DNA from: Lingula anatina
Taxonomy: Eukaryota; Animalia; Brachiopoda
Direction: 5' to 3'
DNA length: 64,000 nucleotides
Assembly: GCA_051362555.1 (NCBI GenBank)
Contig: CM120643.1
Span: 18,852,848 to 18,916,847, forward strand
The notes under the pieces were generated by a model. The model was not told the DNA's origin and ran no database searches. It was given only the letters and a program-made list of their open reading frames with translations. Below, in pieces: positions 1 to 12,810 of this stretch (positions within the stretch are counted from its first letter, which is position 1; the number at the start of each line of letters is the position of its first letter). A program made the translations under genes and the position numbers.

Positions 1-464
1 TGCCAGTGGAGTAAGAAAAATGCTGACAGGCGAGGAATGAGTTTCCAGGGACCTCAAAAAGGCGGAGTGAAAAGGTCTCATATCGTTATATAAAGTAGTA
101 AACAGTTATGGTAACTGGAACATGTGCGGCAAACAGTGATAGGGATTTGATTAAAAATGAACACTCCGCTTAATAACCAAATAGTCAATAGCATGGGTAG
201 ACATGGTCGCTAGACCCCATGAGTAGAATGCAAACTTATACCCGGTACGATAGGAACAACTAGAGGGATAAGTAGTAAATGAAATTAATTAATTATTTTT
301 TGAAATTTAAATTATGAATAAATATATATGTATAAAAACATGACAAATATAGTGATACCACAAAATAATAAAAACAGTTATTTACATTGTGGTCGATATT
401 TGGAATGATCACGTGACTAGAATAAAAAAGGATTAAATTTAAAAAAAGCTAAGAAGAGCTAAAT

Positions 465-528
465 GTGTGTGTATGTGTGTATGTGTGTGTGTGTGTGTGT
501 GTGTTAGTGTGTGTGTGTGTGTGTGTGT
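465..528. repeat. (TG)n microsatellite in A-type intron 1 (shorter paralog at 59227-59256)
   Basis: Direct reading. Confidence 0.9.
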
Positions 529-1124
529 GATTATACAAGACTGAGATTTAAACTTCAAAGTTAGCAATCATTCTATCCCGCTGGGAATTTTAACATCTAT
601 TATAATAGCAGTTGCAAGAGGGTCTAAATATGATAAAAATATAATCTGTATTCGACAAAACGGGCAACTAGAAAGCTTTTTCACATGTGTGACACGCATT
701 TGTATAGTTAGGTCCCTTAATGAGTTTACACCTGATGTATAAAATAGGGTTTGGGCGATTAATGTGCGCACGGTACTATATTTGAAGTCTAGACTACAGA
801 ATACATAGTCGTATACCTAACCGCGAGAGATATTCTCATATGAATTAAACAAACAGAAAATTACAAAATCAAGTATTTTATAGGCACAGGTAGTAGAGCT
901 AAATGTTTTTCTCTTGACCTGGTATATAAATAGTAACCGATTACCCTAAATTTGCGGCCCAATGTGTGCCAGCGTCTTCATCTTCAATTTTATTAGGCTT
1001 TGCATTCGGGCTAAAAAAAGGAAGAAACTGACGCTTGTAAGACCTGAGTATTTGAGGCTAGAATTTCAGGTAAAATTTTAAGGAAAAAAGACAATTTTCT
1101 GTATACCAAACTCATCGTTTTCAG

Positions 1125-3957
1125 TTGGAAACACCGGAGTTACGAAGAATTTTACAATCAGCCTCCAAGAAGTCTCTCAGAAGCTGCAAGGCATCGGTCC
1201 AGGTGGAAAATGGAACCCACGCGACTGTCTGGCGAGAAATCGCGTCACCATAGTCGTGCCATTCAGGGATAGATGGGGCCATCTGGCGGTGTTTTTAAAT
1301 TTCATGCATCCTTTTTTACAGAGGCAACTTTTACACTATAGGATATTAGTTGTTGAGCAGGTACCAGTATACATGTACCTTAGTGACATCACTTGCTGAC
1401 CCAGTAGTCGTGAAGGCAACATTTGTGATCACATAGAAATTTAGCCTGAGTACTCAGAATACTTTACTAAGCTGGTGTTAATGTTGATTTTGTAACTGGC
1501 AATTTCAATATTTTTCATATACGCCCCTTAAGATAGATATTTGACTGCGTGAAATGCTATTCGATTTTTAAATATAATTTATCTTATTCTAAGTTGCAAG
1601 TCGGCTAATGAACGCTGCACCCACCATGAGTTTCAGAGGGCACTTGGAACGCATATCTCCGCTATGCTTCTGTCGTGACGCTACATGTAGAGACGGCAGT
1701 TTCCAGCGTTTTAAAATAATTTTCCTCTGAAACCCAGGATACCTTCCCTTGGCGTTAACATGAAATCATTAGTTCCTTGTTATGGTGGATAAATATATGA
1801 TCTTTTTGTCCATTAATTGTGCTATTTCTGATAATGGGCCTGCTGGTGAATGAAGCCATGCATTCTTTCATTGTAATGTGCCTTATGTTTCAGATTGGAA
1901 TCGGGGTGTACAACAAAGCGATGTTAATGAACGCAGCCTTTTTAGAAACAAGACAGCATTTCCCCACGGATTGTGTTATATTCCACGACGTAGATCTCAT
2001 TCCGGAACTTAACAATAATTCCTACGCATGCGCCAGAGAGCCAAGACACTTGGCACCAGCTGTGGACGTATTGGATTACAAGTAAGATTGAAGAAACACC
2101 GTATACATATATATTGTTAAATGCTTTTATTTCTGTTTTTCGCAGTGGACACTGGGGAAAAAAACCAAGTTTAGGAGACTGAATTCTATGCTGTCACCAT
2201 GCCACGGCTGTCTGATCTGGACAGGGGCTGTGCCATTGATCATTGACACTGGCACAGTGTCATGGTTTGGGCAGGCGTAAGATAGAACTCGTGGTGATTT
2301 TAAGGTGATTAGAAGACAGAACTCGTGGTGATTGTGCCATTCATGCACTAATATCCAACCGTAGGCTTGCTCCATCGGGACATCACCCGTCCCCATAACG
2401 CCAGGATAACACAGGCATACATGCAGCAGTAGCAGATCCAGTCTCTTTTTTCTTAGACCAGACACGTCTCCCATGACTGGGATGATTTGGACAACCGACT
2501 TCACAACCACCAGCCACAGCCTACCACCCTCATAGAGTTAAGAGCTGCACTGGTGGAAGAATGGAGAAAGATGACTCACAAAAGCATAAAACCATAAACA
2601 TATCAAAACTTGCTTTTCCTTTTTTTTTTGTTAGTATATGCACTGCAAAGTAAAATCAAATTTATATATCTGATACCGGCATTGCGAAAAGAGTAAATGA
2701 AGTTGTTGTCTCATACTATGCAGTTTCAGTGTGCCAAGATTGTTTTCTTCTCTATTTCAGTCTTCCTTACGGTCCCCTTGTGGGCGGTGTACTGATGTTC
2801 ACTCCCCAGGATTTCCAGGCTGTCAATGGCTATTCCAACGCTTACTGGGGCTGGGGAGCAGAGGATGATGATATGGGTTATAGGTAACCAGCGTCTGAAC
2901 CCTCTTTCTCCTAAAGTCGTATGTGTAGAAGCCACAGGGCGACATTTTGGGTGGGGTGGTACATGACCTTTTTCTTTTTTTCAATCATATCAGTCATAAG
3001 CGCATGAAGCATTATGAGCTAAGCCCCCCTCGCTATTTTTATTCTGAATGGTCATCTCCCCACACCCACGCATACACACAACACACACACAAACTCGCTT
3101 CCTACAAACTGTTACTCTTACATGTAGGAGTTGGAGAATCTCTCTCTTTCTCTCTCCGTCTCTCTCTCTCGCGCGCGCGTCTGTGCATATTGTTCTTGTC
3201 TTTTCGGCGACCTTCATTGACTTACATATCTGTTTCAATTTCAGAATAAAAAAAGCCGGTTTAAGGATTACGCGCCCATCCCTCAATACCGGCCGTTATA
3301 CTATGTTAGTGCATACACAGCGCAGGAAAAACGAAAGAAGGTAAATGTAGACTTAGACATGATATATTAATACTTATAAATTCGGGGGCTCGACTTAAAA
3401 TTCGTCAAGAGAAGTATAGAGGTGTGACTGCCACTGTACAACAAAGTTTTTTTAAATCAGGTTTTAAACAAAAAATAATTTTAATACATTCTAAAGGTGA
3501 TTTCCATAAAATCTCCGTGCGACTTACAAAAGTGTTTAGATTAAAATAATACTGGCGTTAAAAATATACACTAGAAATGGCTAAATTTTAAACAACCATG
3601 TTTTGTTTATGATATCTTTTTAATATTTTAAATAAATGGCCTAATTTTTTAAATGTTCATTTTCATCATGAGCATTAAACCCGATTAAAATTTATGCTTT
3701 TTGCAAATGTCATCTTAGGTTTTGGGCATATATCTAAAATGCCCCTTCAATAAACTTTGGCTGTACAGATGTAAAAGCTTTACTGATCTTCACGAATTCT
3801 CATATGTAATTCCAGAGTTGAAATTCTCCATAAAGGCATGGAGCGACAGCCCTGGGACGGTTTGAGTAACGTTAACTACTCAGTGCTTGACATCAGATTA
3901 AAGCCCCTGTTCACGCACATGTTGATAGACATAGGGAAAACGCCTGACACGTACTGA
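1125..3957 (+). CDS. GT7 beta-1,4-glycosyltransferase (B4GALT/bre-4-like), copy 1, 5'-partial (exon 1 lies upstream of the window)
   Basis: Exons 1125-1360, 1894-2081, 2761-2883, 3245-3340 and 3816-3957 have GT-AG boundaries and compatible phases (1,0,2,2,2). The spliced frame gives VVPFRDR, HPFLQRQ, FHDVDL (DxD), [35 protein letters not shown] and IDIG..TY-stop, all GT7 hallmarks. Confidence 0.92.
2145..2590 (+). mobile_element. Old Tc1-like transposase relic in intron 3 (also about 16590-17040, 49230-49680, 60880-61320, 63390-63640)
   Basis: Fragments read VMVWAG and [38 protein letters not shown], resembling the Tc1 C-terminus (SPDLNPIE.VWD.L.RR...P.TL.EL..AL.EEW). Present in all five copies. 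Confidence 0.7.
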
Positions 3958-4049
3958 TACCAAGCAAGCGTTCATCTAGGGATGCAACAATACATATACG
4001 CGTATATATTGCTTAACTACTAAAAGAGCGACAGACAGAAGTCTTGTAC

Positions 4050-4203
4050 CAGGGAATGGTAATCTGCTAGGAACCATAGTCTGCTTCCCATGTCTTTGTT
4101 CCGGTGACATTCGTCTCATATACTAACCCCAATACTCCGACTTACCTTAACCTGTTCTAATTATATGGGACCCCGGACTGCATTCCTAGGACTACCATTC
4201 CTG
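4050..4203. mobile_element. Small inverted-repeat (MITE-like) element in the 3' UTR region of copies 1-4
   Basis: CAGGGAATGGTAATCTGCTAGGAA ... TTCCTAGGACTACCATTCCTG form imperfect TIRs around an internal CTAACC/CTTAACC motif. Paralogs at about 19571-19722, 51156-51310 and 62797-62941. Confidence 0.5.
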
Positions 4204-4537
4204 TAACATCTGTCTTAAAGCCAGCGGTGCTTTATTAATTTGGCATATTTATTGCTTTAATGAGCAATTTTAAAAAAGGATGTGAATAATAGTTTTTTTC
4301 GGCGTAGACACAGAGACACTTGTGATTTAGCGTTACTTTTTGCTTCGTGATTTTAGATACCGTTGTTACGATGTACGACTCGAGGACCGTCGAAAAGATG
4401 AACATAGTTTTCAGCACGGGGCTAACATTTACTCTGATGAAAAATTCACATCGGATTTCTGTTTTCAAAAGAATTCTTAAATTGCGTTGTTTTTTATATG
4501 TATGAACAGGTACATGTATCTTCTAAAGATATAACCA

Positions 4538-6192
4538 CAGACTTGACATTCAATATGGAACATTTCAGTTTCGAAGGTATGCTTAGGTAAAAATGCGTTC
4601 TTTTTTCAAAAAACTCAAAACTCATATAAGTTATGTGAATGGAGAAGTGTGTAGTCAGGTGTATCGCTTCCAATTAACTGAATACCAGGTTTGTTGTGCT
4701 GTTGAATTATGTAATATGCAGTGATTTAATTGGGTAGTGCTCCTTTGGGCAGGTCAAAGCTTGGCTTTGGCAAAGCATGGTTCTATCAAAAAAGTATCCA
4801 TTTGTCGGGAACTACTGCATAGAAAAATCTGAAATTTTGCATGCAAGTGGTCGGTTTTGCAGTGTGTAAAATGAGCTATGCAGTGCTTTACAATTTCTTT
4901 AATCTGTGGCAGAATGGCGCAAAATAGTCAGACATTGCCAGACAGATGATCGCGCCAAACGAAACGGTCCGCACAGTTTTATAGAGTAATGCCCAGACTG
5001 ATGTACCTACAAAGAGGCCACACCCAATGTATTGAAATCTTACCACCAGGGTACAGGACCCACTGTCTTTCGGAATATGCTGTTGCAACTAAACAAAAAC
5101 CACCCAGTCCGTTCAGAATGAGGGGTAAATTGCCACCAAAATTTTCAAGCCCCTTAGCGAACACCAACCTGGTTTTAGAAGGTTAGAATACCAGACGACC
5201 TCTGAGGAATCCACTGTAAACAGCAAAACATCGTTGTGTGTTTCTCTAATGAATTGGGGACCTTGACCGTTTCTGGGTTGAACACTCAAACTTGTTGGCT
5301 TTCTTTATTGAGGTCAGATTTCACCTGTACCGCTCAACTAGTCAAAACAGAGTTTACAGACATCTAGAAGGGGCCAAGAACGAAGCGTGTGCCGCGTCTA
5401 AAGTGACTAAAGTCATTAACAGCGTCAGTATTTGGAGTTGATACCACATTGGTGCCAAAACACCAATGGTAGTCATCGACGAAAACCTGAACCAGATCAA
5501 ATCAAGGAATAATCTGGGAACCACTTGACTATCATTTGATAGGGGGCACCTTAGGAACAATTTTAGGTTGCACGGTGAGATAGCCGGTTCACACAGAGCA
5601 CTTTTAATAGCAGATTACTTACAAAACCAAGTGAATGAGCAGCTACCTTGGTCATCAAAATCGCCATATTTGAACCACATAGACAATATGTGGGTAGGTC
5701 ATTACTCGCCGAATCAATGGCCTATATGTCCTACAACAAAACTGGACCAAATTGGACAGAGTTTGACCGATGCCTGGAATATTATTCCAGATTGAACTCT
5801 AAAAACCTATCCCAAGGAATGCCTTGCCACGTGAGAGCGCTGGTAGCAGCCAGAAGAGGTCAGGCGTAACAGCGACCGTTACTGTGACTAGACACTGACA
5901 TGAGGGTCCTCTGTGGATAGTGTAACTATTTTAAAGACAATAGTTTGGAAAATATGGAGATCCAAAATATCTATTTTAATGGTTGTCGTATGACATAGAA
6001 TAGGCAATGTGTTTTTGTTTGCTTCTCTGGCGAATTGCATAAATGAACTGATATCACAATGACATCAAAGAGATAATTAAAAGTTATTAAAACACGATTT
6101 TAATCCTTATTTTCATTTATCAGTCAGCAAAAAAGGAAAAACTGATGAAAAATGATTTGGAAAAAAATATTCCATATTAAATGTCAAGTCTG
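4538..6192 (+). mobile_element. Degenerate Tc1/mariner element
   Basis: TIRs of about 28 bp (CAGACTTGACATTCAATATGGAACATTT and reverse complement) differ at 2 positions. Right flank is TA, left flank CA (mutated TA). Relic motifs are LPWSSKSPYLNHIDNMW and GMPCHVRALVAARRG. Absent from copies 2 and 3. Confidence 0.85.
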
Positions 6193-6273
6193 TATGATGT
6201 CTGTAATGGTTTTTAATTACCCAGAAGCTATTCGGAATATAAGGGTGCCAATATACATGTGTGTGTGTGTGTG

Positions 6274-6274
<1 letters not shown>

Positions 6275-6322
<48 letters not shown>

Positions 6323-6545
6323 TTGTCTTATTTGTTGTCTGTGAACGGTCCTTCTATGTCGGAAAGTGTCGCCGGTTTGTCCTATATAGTTCTCACCGCA
6401 TCTACTGCAAGTCAATATATTTATTAAATCTAAGCTAGTGAAATGTGAGGTACCCAGGTGCGGCACCTGTCCACTAATTAAAGAGGGGAGCCATCTTAGA
6501 TTTAAAAATGGACTTACATTTAGAATTAAACACCCATTCACCCAT
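6275..6545 (-). mobile_element. Penelope-like GIY-YIG endonuclease relic abutting a (TA)n tract (paralogs at about 21691-21900 and 53330-53590)
   Basis: The minus frame reads LINILTCSRCGENYIGQTGDTFRHRRTVHRQQI, matching the GIY-YIG CxxC...YIGQT...R...H pattern of Penelope elements. Confidence 0.7.
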
Positions 6546-6571
6546 GCACTAGCTCAAATTTAATATATAAG

Positions 6572-6795
6572 GGGGTAAGAAAAATTCAGCTGGTCTCCAC
6601 TACGGCATCTCAGAACAATTTCCGCATGAAATTGAGCGACGACGCAAGGAGTTGTACCCAGTCCTGAAGAAGGCCAAGGCCGCAGGGGACAAAACCGCTA
6701 AATTGATAGTGGACAAACTCAAAGTACGAGTGAATGGGACGCAACGAATCATCAAAGATCCTAGCGAAATACCCGAAGGCGCTTCGTTTGGGTAA
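6572..6795 (+). mobile_element. LINE ORF1 C-terminal fragment (L1/Tx1-type)
   Basis: The frame from 6601 reads YGISEQFPHEIERRRKELYPVLKKAKAAGDKTAKLIVDKLKV..., typical of an ORF1 CTD. Not in the ORF track because it lacks a start codon. Confidence 0.7.
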
Positions 6796-6829
6796 TTACT
6801 GTGCACTTCATCTATTTCATGGGTAACAT

Positions 6830-8574
6830 GCGTTAGTCTACATTTTGCTGTACGTGCTTGTAATTTTTTTAAATCCGTGCGCACAAATTTTACAGGTCTG
6901 GTTACGTCCCTGTTATGTGATGAAAGTCTAAATTTGGCAATTAGTTCCTTAGCTTATTTAAATAGAATTGCAGTGTAAAATTTTCAACAAGATGTTGGCG
7001 CAATAGCCCTTTACTCTTTGTGGATATTTCCCCCGTCAAAGTTTGTCTAAAATTACCTTTCAATCTTTACTCTTTCAAGGACAGTATAAAGTTATCTGAC
7101 ATATTTTCGTGAAAACTAAATGACAAGCCAAGTGTCTCCAGTTCATTCCGTACTCAGTTTTACCCAAGCAAATTTTTTCTTGAGTAGATCTTTATAGCAC
7201 GGTGTTATAATACAATTTTTCGAAGAGGGGATTTAAATCAATATTTCAAAAACTGTAGCTTCATACTTAAAAGAATTGGGTATCTCCCGCTTTATATAAT
7301 ATACTAAGTTATATACAATGAACTAATTTATTAGTAGTGCTCTTTTTTACACCCAACATTCTTTTAAAAAAATCCGTTTGTAGCTTTGTTATATCCCTAC
7401 TAGGTTAAATCTCCATGCATAATTTAAAATGTACTAACGTACGGAAAACTGCACATTTAGTAAACACATTAAGTTAATGATTTTTTCCATGCTACTAGTA
7501 GCAAACAATGCTCTTTTACCTTGATCTGCTGCATGTTTTTTGGTTTGACAAAGCTTACAAATTAACAAAAAGTTTTGCGTTCAGACGCAGAACTTGCATT
7601 TCAAGTTATAAAATGATAAATCTTTTAAATTATTTAATATTTCAGATGAAATAACCTTCAGAAACAAATCCTCAAAGCATAAACGAGTTAGGATTATGAA
7701 CCATTTTTTTACAGCAGTTCCCATTTTTTCTTTAATATACCGCTCTTTTTCCTGTTTTTCCTCAACACGTTTTCTTCCACGGAAGTAATGCCTGGGCAAA
7801 CGCATGCTTCAAGATACCCTGAGAGCAATTTCTTTTATTAATGTTCGCGACCGTGTTTGAACTTAATTGTTTAAATATTGATATTTAATGTCATTTACAA
7901 ATACCAATTAAATAACCCCATGAAATAAATTAGATATATTGAAAAATATGAAAGTCCACCAAGACGAGTTTGATACCTGTTATTACCTGGCTTGGGAAGT
8001 GCAGCGGTGCACAATTAACAGGTTTTATTGTTAACGAACTCTTGGTCAACTACAATGCATTTAAAATGCATCAGCAATTAGTAAGCTTGCCAACTGATGA
8101 CAGTTAATCTAAAAGACTATCAGCTTTTGATATGATGTGGCCGAGATCTCGAGCATCGCAACTATTGTCACCGAAGTTAGTAAGTAAGTCACGGAAGACC
8201 GTCACAGACAAAGAAAGAATTGTCAAGGAGTGCTGTAATTTTGGTGAATCCCACGGCAATACACTGAGGTATAACGAAAATTGCTCAACTCCGTTCAACA
8301 CAACTTTCCTAAACTTCTCTGTCTGTGTGCACCATGCAGCCCAGTTGAGTCTCATAGACCTTTATCCTCATTGTCGTCACAGTACCACGTGATCCAGATT
8401 TTTTGCTTCATTTATGCAAATTAAGGTGAGGTTTACTAAAACGCTTTTCTTTACTAATAGATTGTTTTTATACTTTTTAAATGGCGGGGAGAGATTAACA
8501 CACATCTATAGTGTAAAGTTTGAGTGCTGAATCTTCAAAATTCGAGAAATGGATTTTTATATGTCTAATGTCCT
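6830..8574. mobile_element. Kolobok-like non-autonomous element K3 (one end missing)
   Basis: Colinear with about 35740-37111. Ends ...AATGTCCT followed by TTAA (8575-8578) at the junction with LINE ORF2. Confidence 0.7.
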
Positions 8575-8578
8575 TTAA

Positions 8579-10356
8579 GCCCGGCTATAGGACTGATCAC
8601 TCGGCTGTAGTGCTGTCACTTACCTTCCACGCGTACGTTAAGGGTAGGGGCTTCTGGAAATTCAATAATTCCTTACTGCACGATATCACATATATCGAAG
8701 CAATTAGAAGTAAAATTATAGAGGTTAAAAAACAGTACGCTGCCCCGGTATATAATTTCAAAAACTTCCAAAATATACCGGACAGAGAAATCCATTTTAC
8801 GGTAAATAATCAGCTATTTTTTAAACCCTTTTGATGGAAATTAGGGGTAAGACAATTTCTTATGCGTCTTACCAAAAGAAGAAAAAGTCAGAAATAGAAA
8901 AGAAGTTAGTTAATTAAGGAAATTGAACTTTTAGAAAATATAACTTGCGAGGCCAATATTCAGACTTTAAGACAAAAGCAAAAAGAATTGGAGGAAGTAC
9001 GAAAAGAAAAATTACAAGGCGCATTTATAAGATCTAGAGCTAAGTGGGAGGAGGAAGGCGAAAAACCAACTAAATATTTTTGTGGTCTAGAATCGAGAAA
9101 TTTTACCAATAAACTGATTCCAAGAATTCAGCTAGACGATGGCACAACTATTATTAACCAGGGGAAGATACTAGAAAATACAAAAAAATTATATGAAAAT
9201 CTGTATGCATGCCGGGAGCATAACATAGAAGATGTTAACCTAGATAATGAGGTAACCCTTAGCGATGTTTATAAACTCAGCAATCTGGAAGCTGCAGAAT
9301 TGGAAGGGCCCATTACGGAGGCAGTAGCAGCACAAACATTATCTAAAATGAAATCGAACAAATCCCCGGGAACTGACTGCTTTTCAGTTGAATTTTATAA
9401 GGTATTTTGGAGACAACTAAGCTCTTTTGTTGTCAGGTCAATTAATTTTGCTTACGAAACTGGCCAGTTATCGGTGACGCAAAAACAAGGTATAATCACT
9501 TGCCTCCCGAAAGGAGATAAACCACGCCACTTTCTTAAAAACTGGCGCCCCATATCACTTCTCAATACTATATACAAGATCGCCTCGGGTTCGATAGCTG
9601 CTAGGGTAAAACTAGTGTTAGATAAATTAATATATCCGGAACAAACCGGATTCATGGCTGGTAGATATATCGGAGAGAACACGCGACTTATATACGATAC
9701 AATGCAGTATACTGAGGAAGAAAATATTCCTGGGTTACTGTTATTAATTGACTTTGAAAAGGCATTCGATTCCTTGTCTTGGTCATTCATTCAAAAGGTT
9801 CTGACCTTTTTTAACTTTGGTGATTCAGTCAGGAGATGGGTATCATTGTCGGAATTCTTTAAAATTAATAGAGGATGCCGTCAGGGGGATCCCCTCTCAC
9901 CCTATCTCTTTATTCTATGCGCCGAAATATTGGCGGCGTTTATACGAAACAATGACAATATAAAGGGTATTAATATAGGTGCAAAAGAATTAAAAATTTC
10001 ATTATATGCAGATGACACTACTCTTATACTTGACAGGAGAGAAAAGTCACTGAATGAATGTATATTTGTCTTGGATAAATTTTCGAAGATCTCCGGTCTG
10101 CATATTAATCTCTCTAAAACTGAAGTTATATGGATTGGGTCAAAGCGATACTCTAAAGATATCCTCTGACCAAAATATAGATTAGATTGGGGAAAAACTA
10201 GTTTCAAAAGGCTAGGGATAGAATTTGACGTAGATTTAGGTAAGATAACGAAGCAAAATATGGAGACCAAATTAAAAATGAAGAAAATGACAAAAAATAT
10301 TTAATCAGTGGAGGATAAGAAATATAACACCAATTGGTAAAATAACAGTAATAAGG
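8579..10356 (+). mobile_element. Tx1/L1-clade LINE ORF2 fragment (endonuclease end + RT), frameshifted
   Basis: Motifs are GYRTDHS, GFWKFNNSLL, KSPGTD, NWRPISLLN, DFEKAFD, GCRQGDPLSP and YADD. There is a frameshift near 8830, a stop at 10169 and a 3' truncation. Confidence 0.9.
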
Positions 10357-10493
10357 TTGGCATATAATCTTGTGCTCATAGTCGAAGTCACTGTGTCACG
10401 TGACGAATATCAATGTTCATCAATGTTCTCTGCCTCTCTCTCTCTCCGGCTGCCTCTCTCATTTTGTGGTAAAGAATACGCCCGGTGAAACAC

Positions 10494-10622
10494 TACCCTC
10501 TACCAGGGCGACAGATTGATTTTTCACAAGATACTCACAGATATGTCTTTAGATAGACCCTAAATTGATTCTCTGTCTTTTTAAAAATTTCTCTAAAATA
10601 TCTGACACCCTGGTAGAGGGAA
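10494..10622. mobile_element. MuDR-like MITE (paralog 22448-22575)
   Basis: TIR TACCCTCTACCAGGG; 9-bp TSD GTGAAACAC/GCGAAACAC. The empty site GGCGAAACACC is at about 54107. Confidence 0.75.
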
Positions 10623-10842
10623 GCGAAACACCAAGCATTGCATTCTTTTACATTTGTTTGCCATTCAGTTGTCTATCAATAGTAGCATTTGTCTGCCCTA
10701 ATGTTATTTGTCGGACTTGTCTCCTTCTGTGCCTGTGTCAGCTCATATCTACCTGTAAAAAAGTCTCGAGGCCAGGTTTCACGGTACTTACTTACATGCC
10801 CATATACATTTATGCGGTAGTAGTAGTTGCATAGAGGTGGAA

Positions 10843-11128
10843 TAGTCTGGATGACTGGAGCTATATATTGGCCGAATTAAATATTAAAGTGATAGTTCTG
10901 ATGGCTTGAAACATTATTAAAAGCCTTTTTAAATCATTTAAACTGAACAAGAAAGGTCCAATTAGCTTGTTACTAAGGTAAATCACTTCCTTAGCAACGG
11001 TTGCTAAGCAACGCTTTGAAATTTTGGGCACTGCCCTTGAAAATGATCAGCATAGTCCAAAGAACATTTGTGCCAAGTTTCATGCTTTTTCCACCTTTTG
11101 AGCAATTTTGCACCAGTCATCTAGACTA
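10843..11128. mobile_element. Academ-like MITE (split paralog 22798-22832 + 37116-37355)
   Basis: TIRs TAGTCTGGATGACTGG / CCAGTCATCTAGACTA with TAG termini and a 3-bp TSD GAA. The empty site is at about 54355. Confidence 0.65.
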
Positions 11129-12096
11129 GAATAGAAAGACTAGAATTTTATCAAACTGGTGAGTGAATCGATACATAAAGAACTTTCAGAGGCCAATTAT
11201 ATACTACAAAGTGCGACGGAGGACACAAAGATTTTCTCGGACATGGATATGTATGAATTCGATCGAAAGTTTTAAACACAGAATTGAATGAGGCTTTACC
11301 CGCAGCACAGTGTACCTGTACATGTAAGTAGGCCTACCTGGATGTACCTACTACTACAGTAGAAATGTGTCGCATGTAAGGCACAGAACTGAGGCAACTG
11401 TACCTCACATTTTCAGCACTTTGAACTGTGCTTTGGAACATCGTTTTTTTCAGGCCCTTTTATCAGTTACAAGTTAGTGCGCAGATTCATCTGATTGAGG
11501 GATTCGAGTTCGATAGCAAAAAGTGACTCATTATACCAACCAAGGCAGTAAATACGGGTACCTATCTCCTTGTAATTCAAGTACATTGTGCCTACCCCGG
11601 TACATGTACCAAGTTCGTAAACGCAGGTTTTGAGTTTCAGGCCATGTAGGTGACAACAACTACTGATGAAAGCAAGATAGCCTTGATGATATTATATCAT
11701 TAACGACCTCACACTAACTGGGCGAGTCCGATTAAAACAAGAGCTATTATTGCTGTATTATCAGTGTATCATTGACCGGGAAACTTACTAATGGCCAGGC
11801 GAGCTGGGAGACCAAGGCTGGTCGTGAAATTGTCTATCCTGATCGTTTTGCTTCAGACTGGATTTGTTTTAATTTTACATTTGACAGGGGGCACATTGAG
11901 GATAAGTGACTCGGATAAAAACAGCGGAAAATGTCACCGTAGAATAAAAGTGGACAAAGATTTCGTTGCTACAGGTGATCGTAATGTTTCTGAAAAGATA
12001 CTACGTCTGTGTGATATAGACGCAAGTCGCTCTGGTAAGTGTAAAGTGTTTAATGCTTGCATCTCTCTCCCTCCCTTCCTCATTCTCTCTTTCTCC

Positions 12097-12131
<35 letters not shown>

Positions 12132-12427
12132 TCGGAGACATAAAATGCAAAAGCATTTACGGTAATTGCACGTAATGTCTTTGTTTATGGTTTGTTATGC
12201 TTCATAATACGTCGTGTAAAGTCTAAAGAGGTATAGACGTTTTGTTTGTTAATGTGATTCAGAAGTTAAGTTTAAGAACCCCTTTTTTCGTCTTGGTCTG
12301 AGATTAAAGAGTAGGATTCCCCACTGATTGGTAGAATGTAACTGAGTGAACATTAAATGATTGAAACTGTTTACTGTTGTCAGCGTTGGAATTCCACCGA
12401 GCGATTTACACGTAGCCTATACTGCGC

Positions 12428-12544
12428 TACCCTCTATCTATAGACTGATAGATTTTTACAGATATTTACAGATATGTCTCTAGCTAGATAGATGGGTCAT
12501 TTTTAGCTGAAGTGACTACGTATCAGTCGCCCTGGTAGAGGGTA
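12428..12544. mobile_element. MuDR-like MITE, same family as 10494, independent site in B-type intron 1 (paralog 38638-38760)
   Basis: TACCCTCTA...TAGAGGGTA with a perfect 9-bp TSD ATACTGCGC. Confidence 0.8.
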
Positions 12545-12810
12545 ATACTGCGCTGGCTTCGAGCGGAGGGCGTGAGATGGAGAAACTCTCACTATAAGCT
12601 GTTTACACAGAGAACCTTAGGAATAGCTAACCTTCAGATTATCGCTACGCTACAGGGTATCTTGGAAACTTTTCTCAATTGACTAAATGTAAAGTGAATT
12701 TATCTGCATGTCCCTGCCGTTGCCAGTGGAGTGAGAAACATGCTGACAGGAGAGGAATGAGTTTCCAGGGACCTCAAAAAGGCAGAGTGAAAATGTCTCA
12801 TATCGTTTTA

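Noticed and set aside
1819-1893. Hydrophobic N-terminus of the 88-aa ORFs (also 16263, 48906, 60554) as a signal/TM segment
   Set aside because: This is intron-2 read-through from a non-ATG start. GT7 homology begins at the TTTCAG acceptor.
2127-2510. About 127-aa minus-strand ORF conserved in several copies
   Set aside because: It is antisense to the Tc1 relic. Conservation reflects recent duplication, and there is no recognisable domain.
1-4400. Copies 1 and 4 as a falsely duplicated haplotype
   Set aside because: They have different 3' flanks and many exon/intron differences that group copy 4 with copies 2 and 3. This is not fully excludable without read depth.
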